A stretch of 64,000 nt of DNA, from contig QGNN01000003.1 of assembly GCA_003228105.1 (NCBI GenBank), forward strand, positions 258 through 64,257, given 5' to 3'. Below are positions 58,329-64,000 of this stretch, piece by piece; the first letter of the stretch is position 1, and each line of letters opens with the position of its first letter. Below the pieces are notes generated by a model. The model did no database searches. It saw only the letters and a program-made list of their open reading frames with translations, and was not told where the DNA came from. Made by a program: the position numbers and the translations under genes. The DNA is from Chloroflexota bacterium. Its GTDB lineage: Bacteria > Chloroflexota > Dehalococcoidia > Lucifugimonadales > UBA826.

Positions 58329-59360
58329 ATGACGAAAGTTGATCTTAGAAGCGATACAGTTACTCACCCATCCCCAGAAATGCGGGAAGCCATAGCCAAT
58401 GCGAAAATCGGTGATGATGTCTTTCATGACGATCCATCAATTAATAAACTGGAAGAAATAGCGGCGGCGAAAGTAGGTAAAGAGGCATCAGTTTTTGTAG
58501 CTAGCGGGACAATGGGCAACTTGATTTCTGTGTTGTCTCATTGTGGGCGTGGTGATGAAATAATCCTTGGTGACAAGGCACACATTTTCCGGTCGGAAGC
58601 AGGCGGAGCCGCAGCTCTCGGAGGGGTTTCTTACCATACGGTCAGGAATGACGCTCGCGGTATGCTTGATCCTTCAGAAGTCGAAGAGGCTATAAGAGAC
58701 TCAACAAATGATCATAATCCTCACACTGCGGTTATAGCTATTGAGAACACCCAAAACAACTGTGGAGGTAGAGTACTTACTCCGCAAGATACCAAATCGA
58801 TCGCAGATGTGGCTCATAATCATGAATTGCCGCTTCATGTGGACGGGGCTAGGATATTCAATGCGGCAGTCAAATTGGAAACCCCAGTTGATGAAATGTT
58901 GAAGGAAGCAGACACAGTTAGTTTTTGTTTGTCAAAGGGACTTAGTTGCCCTGTAGGTTCAATCGTGGCAGGCACGTATGAATTCGTCGAAGAGGCGAGG
59001 AGATGGAGGAAAATGGTGGGTGGAGGCATGAGGCAGGCCGGTTTTCTTGCTGCGGCCGGTATCGTTGCTTTAGACCAGATGGTTGATCGTTTGGCTGAGG
59101 ACCATGCTAACGCAAAGAAATTGGCAGAAGGATTATCTAAAATAGAAGGGGTAACGATAGACCCTGACTCGGTTGATACGAATTTAGTTTTCTTTGAAGT
59201 GAAACACTCTAATAAGAATGAATTGATGAAAAAATTAGAGTCGGAAGGAATAAAAGGAGCTTCACCGTATTCCCGATGGAGATTCGTGACCCACTACGGG
59301 GTGGATTCCGAAGATATAGATTATGTTTTAGAAGTTATGACCAACGCTATGACATCATAA
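58329..59360 (+). CDS. ltaE: low-specificity L-threonine aldolase (PLP)
   Basis: DLRSDTVT N-terminus, SGTMGN and the FCLSKGL PLP-lysine block. Confidence 0.9.
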   Translation: MTKVDLRSDTVTHPSPEMREAIANAKIGDDVFHDDPSINKLEEIAAAKVGKEASVFVASGTMGNLISVLSHCGRGDEIILGDKAHIFRSEAGGAAALGGVSYHTVRNDARGMLDPSEVEEAIRDSTNDHNPHTAVIAIENTQNNCGGRVLTPQDTKSIADVAHNHELPLHVDGARIFNAAVKLETPVDEMLKEADTVSFCLSKGLSCPVGSIVAGTYEFVEEARRWRKMVGGGMRQAGFLAAAGIVALDQMVDRLAEDHANAKKLAEGLSKIEGVTIDPDSVDTNLVFFEVKHSNKNELMKKLESEGIKGASPYSRWRFVTHYGVDSEDIDYVLEVMTNAMTS

Positions 59361-59434
59361 CTTCATTGCTTGTGCCGGCATCATACCAATGCTTTTAATA
59401 TTGACCCCATAGCGTTACTAGGCGCGGTTTATTT

Positions 59435-60637
59435 ATGCTAGCCTTGTTTAAAAATCAGACTTTTCGTCGTTTTTTCTATGGTCTCTTGTTCGACGATGCC
59501 GCCATGATGGTGAGTCCTATGCTCCAAGGTTGGATTGTTTTAATTCAGACGGATTCTGCGTTCTGGGTTGGGGCCACTGCCGGAGTCTCAGGGGTTGGGA
59601 TGACATTATTCAGCCCCTTGGCTGGAGTTTTAATAGACCGTTACAACAGAAAGGTATTGTTGTTGGTTACACAAGCTATTCAAATAGTTCTAGTCGCCAT
59701 TTTGGGGATAGCGGCTTTTTATGAACTGCTAGAGGTATGGCACGTGTTGGGGTATGGGTTCTGTGCGGGGGCTTTCCATGCTGTAAGGCTTCCTTGCAAA
59801 ATGGCTATGACTTTAGATTTAGTAGGCCCTAAAAATCTCCTTAAGGGAACTGCAGCTAACTTCTTTTCTATGACAGTTATGGGAGTTTTAGCCCCGCTGG
59901 CAGGCGGGTGGCTTATCGAGCGGGAAATTTATTTGGGATTTGTCTTAATGCTTATATCCTTGCTTGTATCAAGTTCAATCTACTTAAATCTTCAGAATAT
60001 AAAATCTCCAGAAAAATCTGGCTCGTCTCATCTGGAGGATTTAGTTTATGGTGCTAAATATGTTGTCAATAATTCAATAATCCGATTTTTGATACTTGCA
60101 ATACTAGTCACGGAAATATTTGGATGGGCCGTTGAATCGATGTTGCCAGTAATCGCAAGAGATGAACTTGGATTAGATGCCCGAGGATTAGGGGTTCTCA
60201 TGTCAGTAGGGGCATTAGGAGCCGCAATATCTACGGTAATCATGACTGCGATGCCAGATGTGGAAAATAAGGGGAAGCTGGTGATTTATGGACTGTTTGG
60301 ATTTGGTTTTGGATTAATCGCATTTGCATTTTCAGATATTTTGCTTCTATCAATGATTTTGCTGGCTCTTGCTTATGGCTCAGGAGTGATTTATGAAAGC
60401 GGTCTGTCGACCTTACTTCAAATTTCGGTTCCAGATGAGATGCGTGGAAGAGTGCTAAGTTTTCAATCTCTATGCTGGGGGTTTAGCGGGACTGCAGGAT
60501 TCCACACAGGAGCGGTTGCTGCCATATTAGGCGCTCCAATTGCAGTCGCGGCAGGTGGTGTGGTGGTCGTATCTAATGGTATCCGAATAGCTAAAAACAT
60601 TATATCCATTGGAGCCAAAGTGGCTTCGGGAAAATGA
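59435..60637 (+). CDS. MFS transporter
   Basis: About 12 TM segments and the loop motif GVLIDRYNRK between TM2 and TM3. Confidence 0.85.
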   Translation: MLALFKNQTFRRFFYGLLFDDAAMMVSPMLQGWIVLIQTDSAFWVGATAGVSGVGMTLFSPLAGVLIDRYNRKVLLLVTQAIQIVLVAILGIAAFYELLEVWHVLGYGFCAGAFHAVRLPCKMAMTLDLVGPKNLLKGTAANFFSMTVMGVLAPLAGGWLIEREIYLGFVLMLISLLVSSSIYLNLQNIKSPEKSGSSHLEDLVYGAKYVVNNSIIRFLILAILVTEIFGWAVESMLPVIARDELGLDARGLGVLMSVGALGAAISTVIMTAMPDVENKGKLVIYGLFGFGFGLIAFAFSDILLLSMILLALAYGSGVIYESGLSTLLQISVPDEMRGRVLSFQSLCWGFSGTAGFHTGAVAAILGAPIAVAAGGVVVVSNGIRIAKNIISIGAKVASGK

Positions 60638-60644
60638 TTAATCA

Positions 60645-61973
60645 TTATTCCTTGTATTCTTCTTTCCACCATTTGTTTAGTCGTTCTGCTATAAATTTTT
60701 CATAACCCAAATTTCCCGGAAAATAAAAATCCTTCGTCCCAAGATTTTTGGGAAGGTTTTCTGTTCTGACAAAATGGTCTGGATAATCGTGGGCATACTT
60801 GTAACCTTGGCCGTATTTTTCCTGTGACATTAAATCAGTCACAGGATTGCGTAAATGAAGTGGAACTGTATTTTCTCCTGAAGATTTAATTTCGGACATT
60901 GCAGAATTTATCGCTTTATAGGCAGAATTACTTTTAGGAGCGGAGGCTAGGTATATTGTGGCCTCTGATAGTATGATTCGAGCTTCCGGCATTCCCACGA
61001 AATGGACAGCCTGTTGAGCTGAAACAGCGATTGTTAGTGCTCTGGGATCAGCTAATCCTATGTCCTCGCTAGCCAATATAACAAGCCTTCTAGCTATGAA
61101 CATGAGATCTTCCCCGGCCAAGAGCAGCCTGGCTAACCAATACACAGAAGCATCAGGGTCTGAGGCTCGGACGGATTTTATAAACGCCGATATTGTGTCA
61201 AAGTGTTTGTCTCCCGCTTTATCATGCGGGAGAGTTTTGGTTTCTATCACTTCATCCAATAATGATTTATTTATCAGTATTTTATTGCCTTGGATATCGG
61301 CGGAGTCTGCTGTCAGTTCTAATGTGTTCAACGCCCATCTGGCATCCCCACCGGACAATGCAGCTATATCTTGGAGCACGCCGTCTTCAATGGAAAGATT
61401 TCTTTTTTCTAAACCTTTCTCAGAATCGTTCAGAGCATTGGTTAATATGCGGACAATGTCTTTCCTTTCCAGGCCATTTAATGTGAAGACTCTACATCGT
61501 GATAAAAGTGGAGCAATTATTTCGAATGACGGATTTTCTGTGGTGGCGCCTATGAAAGTGACAGTGCCATCCTCTACATGTGGCAGTATTGCATCTTGTT
61601 GGGCTTTATTAAATCGATGAATTTCGTCAATAAAAAGGGCAGTCCTTTGCCTCGACATTCCTAGTCGTGATTTAGATTCAGCAATTAATTTTCTCAACTC
61701 AGACACCCCAGAAGTGACAGCACTGATTTTTTCGAGATGGAAATCCGAAGTTGAAGTTATAAGGTTTGCTAGGGAGGTTTTGCCTGTCCCCGGTGGCCCC
61801 CACAAAATAAACGAAGGAATTCGTCCTGCGTCGATACTCCTCCGTAGGGGGCTGTTTTTGCCGGTTAAATGGGCCTGGCCAACTATTTCATCAAGAGTTG
61901 TCGGCCGCATTCTTGCGGCCAAAGGTGCGCTATCGGACAGGTGTCGGTCCGCCTCAAAATCAAACATGTTCAT
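60645..61973 (-). CDS. rarA: replication-associated recombination protein A (AAA+ ATPase)
   Basis: Walker A GPPGTGKTS, Walker B LFIDEIHRFNK and an MgsA-type C-terminal domain (YLARLL..GED). Confidence 0.95.
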   Translation of the reverse strand: MNMFDFEADRHLSDSAPLAARMRPTTLDEIVGQAHLTGKNSPLRRSIDAGRIPSFILWGPPGTGKTSLANLITSTSDFHLEKISAVTSGVSELRKLIAESKSRLGMSRQRTALFIDEIHRFNKAQQDAILPHVEDGTVTFIGATTENPSFEIIAPLLSRCRVFTLNGLERKDIVRILTNALNDSEKGLEKRNLSIEDGVLQDIAALSGGDARWALNTLELTADSADIQGNKILINKSLLDEVIETKTLPHDKAGDKHFDTISAFIKSVRASDPDASVYWLARLLLAGEDLMFIARRLVILASEDIGLADPRALTIAVSAQQAVHFVGMPEARIILSEATIYLASAPKSNSAYKAINSAMSEIKSSGENTVPLHLRNPVTDLMSQEKYGQGYKYAHDYPDHFVRTENLPKNLGTKDFYFPGNLGYEKFIAERLNKWWKEEYKE

Positions 61974-62062
61974 CGTTTTAGCCTCGATGGATGTGCAAAA
62001 TGGTTTGGCCTACGTACTGCAATAGTGTACAAGAATCAACGTTTAATTGATGGGAGAGTAAA

Positions 62063-62371
62063 ATGCATAAATCCTTGATTTGTGACAGATGTAAAGAAAC
62101 GATAAACAACTCCACTTATCTGGTTAGCTCGAATGGAGTAACTGAACATCGCCATCTTCTTTGTCTTTTAAGATATTTTTCAATGTTGAAACGCTCTTTT
62201 TGGGCCGCCAGTTTGGTTGGGACAATTTTGATTTTATTGAACCAAGGGGACTTCATATTTGCTGGAGACTTTTATAAAGGGTTAGTTTGGAAGGTGCCCT
62301 TGACATACCTGGTGCCATTTTGTGTTGCTACGTGGGGAGCTGTCACCAATTCCAAGTCTACCTATGCTTAG
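62063..62371 (+). CDS. small membrane protein, NrtS-like C-terminal region with N-terminal Cys ribbon
   Basis: The ..SLVGTILILLNQGD...VPLTYLVPFCVATWGA region resembles the NrtS nitrate/nitrite transporter family (from memory). CDRC...HRHLLC lies at the N-terminus. Confidence 0.4.
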   Translation: MHKSLICDRCKETINNSTYLVSSNGVTEHRHLLCLLRYFSMLKRSFWAASLVGTILILLNQGDFIFAGDFYKGLVWKVPLTYLVPFCVATWGAVTNSKSTYA

Positions 62372-62670
62372 AGAGATGATACGAGAACTGCTATTGTGGC
62401 CCCTGGACCTCCTTCTGCAGGTGGAGCAGGGTAGTATCTTTCAACATCCGGATGTGCAGTTAGGAACTCATGCACTGCTCTCCTCATATCTCCGGTTCCT
62501 GTTCGCCCGTGAATTACCCTGATTTCTTTCCTACCGGCCTTTGTAGCATCTTTGATATAAGACTCCAATCTTTGAATGGCAGGTATTACTTTATCCCTTC
62601 GTAAATGGATTTCACTTGAGACAGACAGTTTTTTGAAAAGAGTAGATTCCTGCGGGTTTTGGTAGGGCAT
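62368..62670 (-). CDS. Smr-domain protein
   Basis: 100 aa with IRVIHGRTGTGDMRRAVHEFL, typical of the Smr/MutS2 C-terminal nuclease domain. Its start codon directly abuts the selA stop. Confidence 0.7.
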   Translation of the reverse strand: MPYQNPQESTLFKKLSVSSEIHLRRDKVIPAIQRLESYIKDATKAGRKEIRVIHGRTGTGDMRRAVHEFLTAHPDVERYYPAPPAEGGPGATIAVLVSSL

Positions 62671-64000
62671 CTAATTTTGTAGGCTATATGCTATGGAGGC
62701 TATTAAAGTATCATCGTCACTCTGCAGTACCGTTCGAAGATCAAATATGACCGCGTCATCTTCAATTCTAGGAACTACAGGGCTGGTTGCAGTTCTAATT
62801 TTCAATGCAAAATTCTCAGGATTCTTTACTGTTAATTGAATTCCAAATGAATCCATCGTTTCTCCCGGCAAACTACCACCACCGATCGTCGACTTTGTTC
62901 CAATTACTTTTGCTGAATACAGGTCACTGCTAGGGATTTTGGTAGATATATTGTGAGCCCTTGTACGGAGATCATCCAATTCAGCCGATATCATCTGCCA
63001 GACAGGGATTTTGTTTTGAGCCTCTTCTTTAAGGTAGTGAATCAACGTGGTAGTCAATGCAGCCAAATTCATTTTGTCTATTCTAAAAGCTCTGGCTAAA
63101 GGATGATTCGATAGTTTCTCTATATAGCTTTTCCTACCTATAACTATTCCTGCCTGAGGCCCACCTAATAATTTATCTCCTGAAAAGAAGCATAAATCAG
63201 CTCCTGCCGCTATGCTTTCCTGAGGCCGTGGTTCTGGCGCTAGACCATATTTGGTTGTATCCAATAATGAGCCACTACCCACATCGTGTAGAACAGGAAT
63301 TCCCTTGCTGGTCCCTAGGTTTGAAAGGTCCGAAATTGAAGGGGTTGCCGTGAATCCAATTATCTTGAAATTGCTCGAATGTATAGAGAGAATTACTCCA
63401 GTATCTTCATTTAATTCCCTTTCATAATCCATCACATAGGTTCTGTTAGTAGTGCCGACTTCAGTCAGAATTGCGCCACTTTGCTTTAAAACATCTGGTA
63501 TTCGGAAACCGCCACCGATCTCCACCGCTTCAGACCGTGAAACTATTACCTCTTTCCCTAACGCCAGTGCTGAAAGCCCCAGCATTATAGCTGCAGCATT
63601 ATTGTTGACCACAAACCCTGCCTCAGCTCCAGTTAGACTAGATAGCAGTTGGGAAATCCTCGCTTGCCTAGATCCTCGCTTTCCAGAACCTAGTTCTAAT
63701 TCCAAATCGCTGTAGGTTTTAGAAGAATCAACAGCTGCCTCCATACTTTCAGTACTTAAAGGAGCACGCCCGAGGTTGGTATGAATGACTACGCCGGTTG
63801 CATTTATAACGGTTCTGGGCCAATGGGACCAGTTTCTCTTTACGTGATCTGAGACTTGGTTGGATATTTCCAATATTGTTGGAATTTCTGATTCACTATC
63901 AACGGTTGACCTTATATGACTTAATTGTTCTCTTATTAGATCTGTTACGGCTTCTGCTGAAAACTCGGTCATCAATTCGGAAATTCGCGTGTCTGAAAGC
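62671..64000 (-). CDS. selA: L-seryl-tRNA(Sec) selenium transferase, probably truncated by the window edge
   Basis: The FSGDKLLGGPQAG PLP-lysine block and VGTTNRT are family-typical. The frame stays open upstream of the track start (63975) to position 64000 (..LSDTRISEL-MTEF), so the true N-terminus probably lies outside the window. Confidence 0.9.
   Translation of the reverse strand, partial: LSDTRISELMTEFSAEAVTDLIREQLSHIRSTVDSESEIPTILEISNQVSDHVKRNWSHWPRTVINATGVVIHTNLGRAPLSTESMEAAVDSSKTYSDLELELGSGKRGSRQARISQLLSSLTGAEAGFVVNNNAAAIMLGLSALALGKEVIVSRSEAVEIGGGFRIPDVLKQSGAILTEVGTTNRTYVMDYERELNEDTGVILSIHSSNFKIIGFTATPSISDLSNLGTSKGIPVLHDVGSGSLLDTTKYGLAPEPRPQESIAAGADLCFFSGDKLLGGPQAGIVIGRKSYIEKLSNHPLARAFRIDKMNLAALTTTLIHYLKEEAQNKIPVWQMISAELDDLRTRAHNISTKIPSSDLYSAKVIGTKSTIGGGSLPGETMDSFGIQLTVKNPENFALKIRTATSPVVPRIEDDAVIFDLRTVLQSDDDTLIASIAYSLQN

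Noticed and set aside
60633-60646. 14-bp perfect palindrome AATGATTAATCATT at the MFS/rarA convergent junction
   Set aside because: It is composed of the two genes' stop codons (TGA; TAA followed by TGA) read in opposite directions. It is too short and AT-rich to be a convincing terminator or operator and is probably coincidental.
1-64000. Genome-wide reassignment of TAG (pyrrolysine or another sense reading), suggested by two in-frame TAGs near a corrinoid methyltransferase operon
   Set aside because: TAG is used as an ordinary terminator by many well-defined genes here: htpX (with tandem TAG-TAG at 270..275), the SDRs at 3701 and 11894, the MaoC gene at 9461, argS and selD. No MttB/MtmB/MtbB-type gene and no pylSBCD-like gene is visible. 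One of the TAG-bearing genes also has frameshifts.
1-64000. CRISPR arrays, transposases, integrases, prophage or defence islands
   Set aside because: No spacer-repeat periodicity, no terminal inverted repeats flanking a transposase-like ORF and no large non-coding region were found; the longest spacers are about 200-400 bp. The HNH, Smr and EVE-like genes are isolated single genes without partner nuclease, methylase or ATPase genes.

Overview
AT-rich, very gene-dense bacterial chromosomal segment with about 65 protein-coding genes, roughly three quarters on the minus strand. I found no rRNA, tRNA, CRISPR array, transposase or integrase by eye. The core is housekeeping. A classic rpsB-tsf-pyrH-frr-uppS-cdsA-dxr-rseP-ispG-proS supercluster spans 38.8-48.6 kb. 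ispD-ispF-cysS, gatB, argS, holB, secG and rarA are also present. Accessory metabolism surrounds this core: many SDRs, an enolase-superfamily enzyme, an LLM flavin oxidoreductase, Ldh_2 and TPP enzymes, a polysaccharide deacetylase, hot-dog hydratases and a fused M16 peptidase. This gene content, together with a short Tsf and an F420/PPOX relic, is reminiscent of marine Chloroflexota (SAR202/Dehalococcoidia-like), but that is inference only.

Most notable observations:
1. A seven-gene corrinoid methyltransferase operon (12.9-18.8 kb) combines a RamA-like reactivase, a B12-binding protein, an MtaA-like zinc methyltransferase and a stand-alone homocysteine S-methyltransferase domain. It has three uncharacterised ORFs and no recognisable MttB/MtaB-type or pterin-binding methyltransferase. 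It looks like a split, non-folate MetH-like system.
2. selD is itself a selenoprotein. An in-frame UGA replaces the catalytic Cys, and an 8-bp stem-loop lies downstream at SECIS distance. The supplied ORF track truncates this gene. selA lies at the right edge of the window.
3. Three accessory genes carry in-frame stop codons with family-typical sequence continuing in frame: TAA in an FbpC-like ABC ATPase, TAG in an ABC exporter, and TAG plus frameshift(s) in a PPOX/F420-family gene.
4. The rpsB gene carries a roughly 115-aa acidic, internally repeated C-terminal extension.

All family calls come from motif recognition by eye. No database search was run.
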